A stretch of 63,924 nucleotides of DNA, the filler included, from Octopus bimaculoides (lineage: Eukaryota): the NCBI RefSeq assembly GCF_001194135.2. It is 8 parts of 6 records of this genome, joined end to end, with 100 filler letters (N's around TTAATTAATTAA, not from the genome) between each part and the next. Parts side by side here need not be neighbours in the genome. Positions count along the whole stretch, not along the records: positions 4,950 to 18,023 come from NC_068985.1; positions 18,124 to 21,656 come from NC_068985.1; positions 21,757 to 25,507 come from NW_026410316.1; positions 25,608 to 51,525 come from NC_068982.1; 4 more parts are not named here. One strand, 5' to 3'. The number at the start of each line of letters is the position of its first letter. The first letter of the stretch is position 1. The notes beneath the pieces were generated by a model that did no database searches, had not been told where the DNA came from, and worked only from the letters and a program-made list of their open reading frames with translations. Of the stretch, positions 14,016 through 25,790 are shown in pieces. The position numbers were made by a program, and so were the translations under genes.

Positions 14016-14226
14016 TGTGTCTGTGCTTGCCCCCCAGCATCGCTTGACAACCGATGCTGGTGTGTTTACATCCCCGTAACTTAGCGGTTCGGCAAAAGAG
14101 AACGATAGAATAAGTACTAGGCTTCCAAAGAATAAGTCCTGGGGTCGATTTGCTCGACTAAAGGCGGTGCTCCAGCATGGCCGCAGTCAAATGACTGAAA
14201 CAAGTAAAAGAGTAAAGAGTAAGAGT
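13773..14226 (+). mobile_element. SINE family A, full-length young copy with internal (TA)n(TG)n
   Basis: Near-identical to 62526-62922 and to the reverse complements of 41141-41578 and 43730-44115. Confidence 0.9.
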
Positions 14227-14287
14227 ATAAACATACTTACGTATATACACATAAATATATAATATATTGTTCATATATATGTATATC

Positions 14288-14575
14288 TTTTGTCTTTACT
14301 TGTTTCACTTATTCGATTGCGGCCACGCTGGTGCACCATCTTGAAGGGTCTTTATTCGAACAAATTGACTCCAGAGCTTAATTTTTTAAAGCCTGATACT
14401 TATTTCTATCAGTCTTTATTGCCAAACCGCTACGTTACGAGGGCGTAAACACACCATCACAAAGTTTTGGTCGGTTTGAGGCTATAGTTGACGACACATG
14501 CCCAAAGTGTCACACAGTGGAGCTGAACCCGGAACGATGTGGTTGGGAAGCAAGCTTCTAACCACACAGCTAACT
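14288..14575 (-). mobile_element. SINE family A, diverged internally deleted copy
   Basis: The reverse complement carries the family A head (GCTGTGTGGTTAGAAGCTTGCTTCCCAACCACA) and tail. Confidence 0.7.
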
Positions 14576-14641
14576 ATCTCTGTGTTTGTGTGTGTGCATG
14601 TATATATATATATATTTCGGTTTGCATCAACATACCTATAT

Positions 14642-14962
14642 GAAGGCGCGTGGCTTAGTGGTTAGGACATTCGGCTCACGATCGTAAGATTGTGAGTTCA
14701 ATTCCCTGCGATGCTTTGTGTCCTTGAGCAAGACACTTTATTTCACGTTGGTCCAGTCCACTCAGCTGGCAAAAATGAGTAGTACCTGTATTTCAAAGGG
14801 CCGGTCTTGTCACTCAATGTGTCACATTGAGTCTCCCTGAGAACTACGTTGGGGGTACATGTGTCTGTGGATTGCTCAGTCACTTGCACGTTAATTTCAC
14901 GAGCAAACTGTTCCGTTGATCGTATCAGCTGGGACCCCCGTCGTCGTAACCGACGGAGTGCT
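14642..14962 (+). mobile_element. SINE family B (tRNA-derived head, CORE-like TGTGTCCTTGAGCAAGACACTT)
   Basis: A-box-like TGGCTTAGTGG and B-box-like GAGTTCAATTCC. Shares its body with 58334-58520 and its 3' part with 36063-36442. Confidence 0.85.
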
Positions 14963-14984
14963 CATTATATATATATATTTGACC

Positions 14985-15156
14985 GTTGACTGAACACTAT
15001 TCAATTTTTTTTCTCCGTGTTTTTCTCCTTGTCTCCGTATTCTTTCTGTTGAAGAGCGTACCTTGAAACGTTAAAGACTTTCCGTATTCCCGAGCGTCAT
15101 ACTAATACATCCTTTTGTTGTTTACACCACCTGTCCTCGTCTGTTGTTGTTTTTTT
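14985..15156 (+). mobile_element. Penelope-like pseudo-LTR fragment
   Basis: A pyrimidine-rich repeat-like segment containing a hammerhead-shaped motif, as is typical of PLE pLTRs. The family assignment is an inference. Confidence 0.5.
15041..15077 (+). ncRNA. Minimal type I hammerhead ribozyme-like motif (A6-to-U variant)
   Basis: UCUUU (stem I) - CUGUUGA-A - GAG/CUU stem II - GAAAC - GUU - AAAGA (stem I'). All helices pair. One core position deviates from CUGANGA. Confidence 0.6.
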
Positions 15157-15615
15157 NNNNNNNNNNNNNNNNNNNNNNNNNNNNNNNNNNNNNNNNNNNN
15201 NNNNNNNNNNNNNNNNNNNNNNNNNNNNNNNNNNNNNNNNNNNNNNNNNNNNNNNNNNNNNNNNNNNNNNNNNNNNNNNNNNNNNNNNNNNNNNNNNNNN
15301 NNNNNNNNNNNNNNNNNNNNNNNNNNNNNNNNNNNNNNNNNNNNNNNNNNNNNNNNNNNNNNNNNNNNNNNNNNNNNNNNNNNNNNNNNNNNNNNNNNNN
15401 NNNNNNNNNNNNNNNNNNNNNNNNNNNNNNNNNNNNNNNNNNNNNNNNNNNNNNNNNNNNNNNNNNNNNNNNNNNNNNNNNNNNNNNNNNNNNNNNNNNN
15501 NNNNNNNNNNNNNNNNNNNNNNNNNNNNNNNNNNNNNNNNNNNNNNNNNNNNNNNNNNNNNNNNNNNNNNNNNNNNNNNNNNNNNNNNNNNNNNNNNNNN
15601 NNNNNNNNNNNNNNN

Positions 15616-15700
<85 letters not shown>

Positions 15701-16374
15701 GACACTCACAGAGGAAAAGTAACGTAAAAATCGACCCTTCATCAGTTTATATATATATATTATTTTCAACACAATATGGATGTTATTCGTAATATAAATG
15801 CCTAGTTTTTTTTTTACTTCTTAACATATTACTTACTTTTCAATAAAGCAATTTTAGTAGAAATAACAAAATGCCATCCTGCCCGTGACAATCCATTCAA
15901 TATATTCTTAATATGAGCAAAGTATATTAAAATGTATATCGACATACAGCTTACATACAATATATGGCTGTCTTATGCAAGAAGAATCCTTCTGTCATAC
16001 ATTGTACATTCTGAACATTTGTCCAATACATTAAAGATTTCTGTGATCTGAATATTGGAAGTTACGTCAGTACATAGAAAGAAAAAAGAACTCACAAATT
16101 CAATATTTTCAGTTGTTTTCCCTTGAACTATAAGCTAAAATTTTTGCAAGGTTATGGACTGCCATGTCCTTGGTTTTATGCATCAAATATAGCTTGATGT
16201 TGATAAGTTTAAAATGTATTTTAGTGTAGGCACTTACAGTCACCATCCTTAATTCTAGGCGTCCTACAGTAAGGCAATAAGGAAAGATAAACCTAATCTA
16301 CTCAAGAAAAAATATATATATATAAAACCAACTTCATAAACAGTAATCCAGATAATTCCGTCTCTATAAACACC

Positions 16375-16625
16375 AGGGCGTATAAATGCAATCATCAAGA
16401 TAAATATTCCCTCGAAAAATTATAAAAAGTTGACTCTTTGGTATACCGAGTTGCAGTTTCAGTAACTGGGGTACACACAGCCCCAAAAATCACATCTCAG
16501 TATTTGGCATGTAAAATTAAACAAAGCATCACAAGACGATCTTTGGGCGTAAAGAGAAAGAGTACGCTTCACTATATATGAAGCCAGTTATAGCATATGA
16601 ACACCAAAGTATTGGCAATATTAAT
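16375..16625 (+). mobile_element. Possible Penelope GIY-YIG endonuclease relic
   Basis: Degenerate translation CNHQDKY..DSLVYRVAVSVTG..YLAC resembles the PLE C..C..vYkatV..YiG motif. Confidence 0.4.
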
Positions 16626-16632
16626 ATCAACT

Positions 16633-17058
16633 AAGGCGGCGAGCTGGCAGAACAGTTAGCACACCGGGATAAGTGCTTAGCGGTGTTTCGTCTGTCTTTA
16701 CGTTCTGAGTTCAAATTCGGTCGAGGTCGACTTTGCCTTTCATCCTTTCGGGTCGATAAATTAAGTACCAGTTGAGCACTGGTTCGACATAACCCCTCGA
16801 CATAACCCTTCTACCGAAATTTCTGACCTTGTGCCAACATTTCTGAAGGCAACGGGTTGACAGAACCGTTAATCTGCTAAGCAAAATGCTTAGCGACATT
16901 TCGTTCGTCGTTACGATCTTAATTCAAATTCTACCGAAGTTGACTTTGCCTTTTCTAATTTCGGGGTCGATAAAATAAGTACCAGTTGAACACTGGGGTC
17001 GATATAATCCACTTACACCTCCCCAAAAATTACTGACCTTGTGCCAAAATTTGAAATC
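16633..17058 (+). mobile_element. SINE family C head-to-tail dimer (16633-16845 + 16846-17058)
   Basis: Both units carry an AAGGCGGCGAGCTGGCAGAA-like head, a GAGTTCAAATT B-box, GACTTTGCCTTT, GTCGATAAA.TAAGTACCAGTTGA and a CCTTGTGCCAA tail. Confidence 0.85.
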
Positions 17059-17592
17059 ATTATTAATATCAACTGCTCCATATTGCATTTCATCAAAATG
17101 TGTCCACATTGCGCAAATTGTAAAGAAGGTAAACAGTTTATCGAAAGAGCAGACACCTTACACGGGAAAATATGGTTAATGCAGGGATAAATACTTATTC
17201 TAATATACCAACAAGTCTAAGTGAATGAATTTTTGCCACAGAGAAGTCGGAAATCTGTAGGACAAGACGTAAGGCAAATTCGGAGTCAATAGATCGAGGA
17301 ATCACTCTTGTCAACTTAACGATGAGAGCTATTCTTTCTTCTAACCAGCCCTTGAACAAGATTGTCCAAAGACAACAGCCTGAAACACTGTATAACAACA
17401 TACTCTAAAATGGAACTGCAGATTTTTGCTCACACACGACATACACGCACGCGCACAGGCATAGACAAGTACACACACGCGCCCGCAGTGTACGCACACG
17501 CAGGTACGCATGCACATGTGGTTATAGAGGAGTTATGAATTAGCGTAGGCAAAGATTCTTTACAAAAATTTAAACCTCAGAAATAAATCTAC

Positions 17593-17984
17593 AGGCGTGG
17601 CCGTGTGGTAAGTAGCTAGCTTACCAACTACATGGTTTCGGGTTCAGTCCCACTGCGTGGCACATTGAGTAAGTGCCTTCTACTATAGCGTCAGGCTGAC
17701 CAATGCCTTGTGGGTAGATTTGGTAGACGGAAAGTGAAAGAAGCCCGTCGTATATATATGTGTGTGCGTGTGTGTGTGTGTGTATGTTTGTGTGTCTGTG
17801 CTTGTCTCCCCACCGTCGCTCAACAACCGATGTTGGTGTGTTTACGTCCCCGTAACTTAGCAGTTCGGCAATAGAGACGGATAGGCTTACAAGGGTAAGT
17901 CCTGGTGTCGATTTGTTCGACTAGAGGCGGTGCTCCAGCATGGCCGCAGTCAAACGACTGAAACCAATAAAAGAATAAAAGAAT
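17593..17984 (+). mobile_element. SINE family A copy
   Basis: Similar to the 13773 copy over its whole length, including the internal microsatellite. Confidence 0.85.
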
Positions 17985-18187
17985 ACATAATTTTCTCTCT
18001 GTCTCTGTCTGTCTGTCTGTATGNNNNNNNNNNNNNNNNNNNNNNNNNNNNNNNNNNNNNNNNNNNNTTAATTAATTAANNNNNNNNNNNNNNNNNNNNN
18101 NNNNNNNNNNNNNNNNNNNNNNNTATATATATATATATACACATACATACACACACACACACACACATACACACATATATATATATA

Positions 18188-18850
18188 CGAGGTCTGATCA
18201 ATAAGTATCCGAGCAGTTGTCATATTAACGAAGCTAAAGCACGCGCACGCTGACTGATGCTGTTTGACACAGATTGACCTTGAACTCTGCTGTGCATGTG
18301 CACTAAGTTTTAACGTTCAATTCTGCTGTTTGCAACCATGCTTGAAAAGAAGTTGTGTAGCTTGTAAAGGTGGCATTGACCATAACAGACAAAATTGAGC
18401 AGCGAACCTGCATCAAATTTTGCCAAAAGCTTGGCGATCCCTGCTCAGAGGCCTGCACACAGTTGTCAAAATTTTTTTCATCGTTCTCGACAAAATTAAA
18501 GAGATTTTGTACAACTGAAACTCGAGTTTGTTTTTGGTCAGTTGAAAGCAGTATTGAGACAAACTGTGCAGACACGCAAATCTTCAGCGATAATATACTG
18601 AACTGAACCGTAACTAATCTGCATATCCTCTGATAGCTCACGGATGGCGATTCGATGATTTCCCGTCACAGTTGCACGCACATCTGCAATGTTTTCCACA
18701 GTTCTGCTGGTTGCGGGTCTCCCAGAACATTTGTCAATGTCGACATTTTTTTTTTGGCAATGTTGTAAAAGTCTCGACCACTCGTACACTTGTGTATGGC
18801 TCATACACTCTTCCCTATGCAACTTTGAATAGGCCTCTGAGCAGGTATCG
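18188..18850. mobile_element. Rearranged mariner relic (5' TIR and N-terminus on +, following part inverted on -)
   Basis: TA + CGAGGTCTGATCAATAAGTATCC TIR. The + strand gives DKIEQRTCIKFCQKLG. The - strand gives EECMSHTQVYEW..SGRPATS..IRELSEDMQISYGSVQYII..VSAQFVSILLSTDQKQTRV, the mariner DNA-binding region. Confidence 0.85.
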
Positions 18851-20049
18851 CTATGGTGATGTTGTCTTTATGGAAATATCGGTCCTTTTGTCTGAAACAA
18901 TTGTCTGGGAATATGAAATAGAAACTTAATCCATTTTAACATCTAATCTGCTTCATTTAATTTATTTGATGAAATTTACGAGAGTTTGCTTAATAATTAA
19001 GTCTGATATTAATTTGTTATTTACATGTTTTCATACCTAGGCGTTTTTTTTTTAATTCGCAAATAACTTATGAGGAAAAGAGAGAAATCTATGCAAAAAT
19101 TCATATCAAAAGATGAAGATAATTTCATCCGGATATATNNNNNNNNNNNNNNNNNNNNNNNNNNNNNNNNNNNNNNNNNNNNNNNNNNNNNNNNNNNNNN
19201 NNNNNNNNNNNNNNNNNNNNNNNNNNNNNNNNNNNNNNNNNNNNNNNNNNNNNNNNNNNNNNNNNNNNNNNNNNNNNNNNNNNNNNNNNNNNNNNNNNNN
19301 NNNNNNNNNNNNNNNNNNNNNNNNNNNNNNNNNNNNNNNNNNNNNNNNNNNNNNNNNNNNNNNNNNNNNTATATATATATACACAAATATATATATATAC
19401 ATACACACACATACATATATATTTACGTATGATGTATTTAGTGTGATGTTCATATGAATAATATATATGTATGTGGGTGTCTCTTTGTGTTTATACACAC
19501 ACATGAAGAGGCGTTGTAGGCAAAGTGTCGATAGCATTGTTAAAGATTGAAAACCGTTCGTAACATACTTCACTCCCACCCGTCTTTCTACTACACAGAC
19601 ACAGATACAGACAGACACCTATACACGTGTGTCTATTGTATGTTGGTCATATGTGAATTAGTATTGCAAAGATCTAATCACATATTTTGTAATTTTGATG
19701 TTCAAAGCCTTTGCCTGTTGCCCCAACTCCCACAGCCACCACTACTACGAAAGAATATGGGGCAAAGTAAATATACGTAAATAATACTCGTCCATTAAGA
19801 AAAAAATTACCGCAGACTTCAAAGATATAAATAAATAATGAAATAAATAACATACAAGCCGCAAATAACGAAAACTTATTCTCGTACCTTATCTCCCGTA
19901 AAATATTGACCAGAACTTTCTTTTGATTGCAAACAATTTTCCAAATATGGCAGTACTCTGTTGCATGTTTCTAAATAATTCGTTCGGCTTTCAGACTGCA
20001 AAAAGCAAAAACAAAAAAAAAGATCACCTTAAAACAACAATGAGTTTAG

Positions 20050-20099
<50 letters not shown>

Positions 20100-20267
20100 A
20101 ATACACACATATATATATGTATATATACATATATATATACATATATATACATATATATATATGAGTACCTTAATTTTATATATATATATATATACATATA
20201 AAGAGAGAGAGAGAGACAGAGAGACAGAGACAGATATATATATATATAGATAGATAGATCTATGTTT

Positions 20268-20477
20268 GCGTGTCTTTCTGTCTGTGTTTGTCTCCCACCA
20301 GCGCTTCACAACCGTTGTTTATATCCCCGTAACTTAGCGGTTTGGCAAAGGGACTGATAGAATAAGTATCAGGCTTAAAACAAATAAGTCTTGAGACTGG
20401 TTTGTTCGCTAAAACCCTGCAAGGTGTTGTCCCAGAATGGCAGCAGTCGAATGACTGAAACAAGTAAAAGATAAAAT
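20268..20477 (+). mobile_element. SINE family A, 3' half
   Basis: CCCCGTAACTTAGCGG...GATAGAATAAGTA...GACTGAAACAAGTAAAAG matches the family A 3' half. Confidence 0.75.
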
Positions 20478-20547
20478 ATATGTGTATGTATATGTGTATA
20501 TGTATATGTGTATATGTATGTGTGCTTGTGAGTGTGCGTATCTGTAT

Positions 20548-20581
<34 letters not shown>

Positions 20582-20999
20582 ATTTATTTACATCTCTATA
20601 CAACTTACACTCAAACTATTTGTTTCGTTATTCCATGTAATGATTTCAATAATATGTATATTAAGAATAAAAGCAAAAAATTGTTTCACAATGACAAATT
20701 TAAAAAATTGAAATACCAATAAATTTTCAGCATATTTTTGTATGTTTAGTCTTTTACTTGTTTCAGTGTTTGATCAGAAACTTTGAAAAGTTCAGTTGAA
20801 CATATCAACCTCAGTAGTTATATTTTTAGAAGCGTGGTACAGATTGTCAAGCAGCAGTGGTGGGCAAAGACAAAGACACGCACACCATACCACACCACAC
20901 ACACACATATATATGGTGATTATGCTGACGTATTGTACCCATATATGCATATATATTATTATTGATATTATTATTTTATTGAACGCAACGCATCCATTT

Positions 21000-21650
21000 C
21001 CAAGTAAGCTAATCTTAACCTTTTTTGATGCAACTCTACTCTATACTGTTTACTCCCCCATCCTCTCTAATTCCCTTTTTTCTCCCTTTCACCGTTTTCT
21101 ATCAGTCTCTCTCTCTCTTTCCCCTCTTTCTCTTTTCCCTCTATCGTTGCTCACACGTGAACATCGTCCATCTTTCTTTTCCTCACGTGACCATCTTTCT
21201 TTTCCTTACGTGACCATCTTTCTTTCCTGCACGGACATTCTCAGGACTGGACGCCTCCTATCTCTCTCTTCTATCTTTTCTCTTTTCAAAGAAAATATTT
21301 CTCTCAGCGCTCACTATTTTCCCTTCGTTCAGGTCGGACGAACCTCCATGTTTGTTTACGTTCGGTTTCCCTGTATGTCTCCACTGTCCTGTTTTTGTTC
21401 CTTACTTTGCCCCTCCACAAACCCTCAAATTTTATTTTGGTATTCATGGGAGCAACTGACTTCGAAGACTCATATTGTCTTTGATTGCTCGAAATTGGGA
21501 GTAGATAGACAGCTGACAACTGATGAAGGGGCGTTCTTTGTATTACTTGTCTTGTTTACCATTTTTTCTCTCTCGTTATTTGCGTATTTAACTCACATTT
21601 ATTTTCGTATTTCATGTTGTTTACCATTGGTTACGTCCTGTATCTATATA
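21000..21650 (+). mobile_element. Pyrimidine-rich repeat, possibly a Penelope pLTR, with a 23-bp tandem and a hammerhead-like scaffold
   Basis: CT-rich segment with about 3 copies of ACGTGACCATCTTTCTTTTCCT (21154-21228) and GACAA-CTGATGA-A...TTGTC at 21515-21551. Confidence 0.35.
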
Positions 21651-21930
21651 TGCATANNNNNNNNNNNNNNNNNNNNNNNNNNNNNNNNNNNNNNNNNNNN
21701 TTAATTAATTAANNNNNNNNNNNNNNNNNNNNNNNNNNNNNNNNNNNNNNNNNNNNACACACACACACACACACACACACAAGACATTGAAGGCTGGAAG
21801 TGGAAACAGAGTCTGGATAAATCTCTTCTTATATCTTGTCTGCCACATGTTTGAGAACAATGAGCTAAGAGTTCATTTGTGTGTTTGGGTTCAAACCGTC
21901 TGCAACCAATCTTAATACAATGTAATTTAA

Positions 21931-21943
21931 TAATAATAATGAT

Positions 21944-22005
<62 letters not shown>

Positions 22006-22020
22006 TAATAATAATAATAA
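21931..22020. repeat. (AAT)n microsatellite followed by AT-rich (TA)n degenerate repeat
   Basis: Seen directly. Confidence 0.95.
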
Positions 22021-23000
22021 TATATATATGTATGTATATATATATGTATATATATATGTATATATGTATACATAAATATATAAATATATATGTATATATA
22101 AATATAAAAAAATTATGTATATATATCTGTATGAATAATATATATATATATAAATATATATATATGTAAATATATACATATATATATACATACATATACA
22201 TATACATACATATATATATTTATAAATACAAACACACACATGCATATATATACATATATATGTATATATTTAAATATACATATATATATATGTGCATATA
22301 TATATGTATATATATATATATANNNNNNNNNNNNNNNNNNNNNNNNNNNNNNNNNNNNNNNNNNNNNNNNNNNNNNNNNNNNNNNNNNNNNNNNNNNNNN
22401 NNNNNNNNNNNNNNNNNNNNNNNNNNNNNNNNNNNNNNNNNNNNNNNNNNNNNNNNNNNNNNNNNNNNNNNNNNNNNNNNNNNNNNNNNNNNNNNNNNNN
22501 NNNNNNNNNNNNNNNNNNNNNNNNNNNNNNNNNNNNNNNNNNNNNNNNNNNNNNNNNNNNNNNNNNNNNNNNNNNNNNNNNNNNNNNNNNNNNNNNNNNN
22601 NNNNNNNNNNNNNNNNNNNNNNNNNNNNNNNNNNNNNNNNNNNNNNNNNNNNNNNNNNNNNNNNNNNNNNNNNNNNNNNNNNNNNNNNNNNNNNNNNNNN
22701 NNNNNNNNNNNNNNNNNNNNNNNNNNNNNNNNNNNNNNNNNNNNNNNNNNNNNNNNNNNNNNNNNNNNNNNNNNNNNNNNNNNNNNNNNNNNNNNNNNNN
22801 NNNNNNNNNNNNNNNNNNNNNNNNNNNNNNNNNNNNNNNNNNNNNNNNNNNNNNNNNNNNNNNNNNNNNNNNNNNNNNNNNNNNNNNNNNNNNNNNNNNN
22901 NNNNNNNNNNNNNNNNNNNNNNNNNNNNNNNNNNNNNNNNNNNNNNNNNNNNNNNNNNNNNNNNNNNNNNNNNNNNNNNNNNNNNNNNNNNNNNNNNNNN

Positions 23001-23098
23001 GGTGAATGAGGTGATGATGATGGTGATAATGATGATGTTGATGATGATGATGGTGATAATGATGATGTTGATGATGATGATGGTGATAATGATGATGT

Positions 23099-23129
<31 letters not shown>

Positions 23130-23170
23130 CACCATCATCATCATCATTAGCATCAATATCATCACCACCG
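23001..23170. repeat. (GAT)n-based compound microsatellite
   Basis: Seen directly; it includes a 30-bp higher-order unit GATGATGGTGATAATGATGATGTTGATGAT. Confidence 0.9.
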
Positions 23171-23969
23171 TTACTGTTATTGTGGCAATCATTCTCACGT
23201 ACCCACTTCAAATCCTTCACTATCCCTCCAGACAGTGATAAAGTTTCTGCATGGTTGCTTGACCTGATAGAAAATGGCGGTCAGTATTATTCAATTCTCC
23301 CATCAATCCAAGATATACAAAAATGGTAAGATAGTTATGACAGGAAAGCTTTCTTCTTTCTTTTTTTATTATCAGAGGTCTGCTCTATAAGGGCTGACAT
23401 GAACGTAAAACAAAGAATTTCGAAATTTTACTGAGCTAAATTTGTTTGACTGAGCAAATAGATGTTCAAAACTTGTGATTATTAAAAACATTTTAAGGTT
23501 TTGAATTGATCCTCTTCTTCCAAAAGGCCTTGCGATATTTTAGTTACGTCGTTTTAAGTTCTCAGTTCAAATCTCGACAGTTTCCGTTTTGATTTTGTCC
23601 TGCACTGATCGACGAAATCAGCACTGATTGATATAGCATATTTACATTATACTGCAATGTCCATGACTCGACAATAATTACTGGAGCCTTAATACAGCGC
23701 GGGGTTATGAGCAGAGAAATATCCCGAGTCATATCTGTACGTCTTACTATCGCTGGAAAATTAGGCTCACGAGAGTATTTTCAGTAGCTTATAGTAGAGA
23801 ATAAACGAATTCTGACGATTTTGGATACGAGTATTCGGTCTATTTATATATTCATAACACATGTAGTAGTTTATTCTCCTGTAAATATACAAATGCACGC
23901 ATATACTTCCATAAATATTCAATTATTCAATATGCTCTAAGTTTGTATATATATATATATATATATGCG

Positions 23970-24548
23970 TGCGGTCCCTGTCATTTTTTCTCGCTCCTCC
24001 TTAATTCTTTTGTNNNNNNNNNNTGCGGTCCCTGTCATTTTTTCTCGCTCCTCCTTAATTCTTTTGTCCCTCTGCCTCTACCTCTCCCTCTTCTCTTCCC
24101 ACGTGACCGGCGTTCGACCAAGCCTGATCTTTCTTTCTTGGCTGGCCGTTGTCCGTAAAACATCGATATTCCTCCCTGTGCCTGTGACAACTTGTATCCC
24201 TGCCGTAAGGCTTTATTTCCACACACGCCAGCTTAATTTAATTCGTTCTTAGTCGAAAGACACCTGTTGTTATGTCCTGTTATTATTTTTATTGTATTCG
24301 TGTAACATTGTTCGTTTTTTTTCCGTCCATGTTTTTGTATACATTCACTGCTTTCTTCCAAGGAATCTAATGCTCTTAACTTAGTTTTTTCCTTGGGGCT
24401 GGCCAGATTGGAGCAATCTCGAGTATAACCAGCCGAAATTGCAAAGATAATCCGGAACTCGACTGAGGAAAGAAAACTCCGAATGACCCGTCCTTGCTTT
24501 CTTTGTATCGTCTATCTGGATGTTTTGTTGTCCCATTCTTTTATCACC
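23970..24548 (+). mobile_element. Repeat resembling a Penelope pseudo-LTR
   Basis: GC-richer repeat-like block between (TA)n tracts containing CTGAGGA..CCGAAT. The assignment is tentative. Confidence 0.35.
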
Positions 24549-24558
24549 NNNNNNNNNN

Positions 24559-24603
<45 letters not shown>

Positions 24604-24996
24604 CATACATATATATATATTTCCTCAGTGGCTCAGATGTGTATACTCATTTTTTAAACTTTTCGCACCATTATGCCTGATACTTCAATCATTTCTTTTC
24701 TGTAATTTAATCACTAATGTATCATTTTGCATAACTTTCATTCCACAATCTAAGTAACCAGTCCCATTGGATAATTACGTTAGGGGTTTATGTACTGAAT
24801 TCCTTATACGAAAAGTTTTTAATTAATTGAAATGTTATTTAATTGTAGCAGAAAAGATAAAACAAAAAGAAAATGACGAGCAACAATTGGCAAGGGAGAT
24901 AATTACAAAGAAAATCAAGAATTAATCTCTGAAAGTCAATTTGAATTCATAAGAAAGGTCTGATCCCTGTTTGCTGAGGAGGAATAATAATCTTTT

Positions 24997-25211
24997 CTAC
25001 TATAAACACAAGGTACTAGAATTTTCCAGGTGCTGGGGATGGGCTATTCGATTACATCGATCTCAGTAATTGACTGGTATTTATTTTATCGACTCTGAAA
25101 GGATAAAACGAAAAGTCGACTTTGGTGCAATTTGAACTCAGAACATAAAGAGGGTCGAAGTATTCTTAAGCATTTTTTCCGGTGTGCTGACGATTCTGCC
25201 AGTTTGCCTCC
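24997..25211 (-). mobile_element. SINE family C copy
   Basis: The reverse complement matches the 16633 copy (TTTGAACTCAGAAC, GATTCTGCCAG, AAAGTCGAC). Confidence 0.75.
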
Positions 25212-25607
25212 TGACGAAGGATGACATTAGCTTGTTTTGTGTCTATTAAATCTCCTCCGTAGCATGGCGTAATGAAACTAAGTTTTCTTGATCATTTGGT
25301 AATGAAAATTCCGTACGGAAAAAAGAGTCATGAGTAACTTTTGGTTAGTTTAAATTTGTAGTGACTATGGATAACTTCTAAAAATTTCTGTCTGATTTGC
25401 CTTACCAGTGGGTATTGTTGACTCAAGATGAGCTCTTCAAGCATAAAAGTGTCATTAGCTTGGTCTTGCCTGGCCGAGCGAGGTGATGTGTGAGGAAATT
25501 GCCAGCANNNNNNNNNNNNNNNNNNNNNNNNNNNNNNNNNNNNNNNNNNNNTTAATTAATTAANNNNNNNNNNNNNNNNNNNNNNNNNNNNNNNNNNNNN
25601 NNNNNNN

Positions 25608-25790
25608 GTGCAGGCAGCTGTATGTCAATTGCTTGATATGAATGGAGTTTGTGGAACAGGGAGACCCAGGAGGACATGGGATGAAGTGGTGAAGGTTGAT
25701 CTTAGAACCTTGAAGCTCATAAAGAAGAATACAAAAAAGCTGGGATGACTGGCAATATGCAGTTTTCAAGAAGACCTCCCCATCTCGGTG
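25608..25790 (+). mobile_element. RTE LINE ORF C-terminal relic
   Basis: Translates GRPRRTWDEVVKVDLRTLKL, as do the RTE copies at 36772 and 40220. Confidence 0.75.

Noticed and set aside
14642-14715. tRNA-like sequences at SINE heads (also 13773, 16633, 36063)
   Set aside because: They have A/B boxes but no complete cloverleaf, and they continue into SINE bodies. They are not tRNA genes.
20796-21704. 302-aa ORF
   Set aside because: It is a CT-rich low-complexity repeat rich in L/S/F, runs into a gap, and shows no domain or splice support.
23970-24067. 44-bp tandem duplication
   Set aside because: The copies straddle a 10-N gap, typical of unmerged overlapping contig ends.
24463-24492. Hammerhead-like CTGAGGA...CCGAAT
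   Set aside because: GAAA is replaced by GAAU, stem II is weak, and no stem I pairing could be found.
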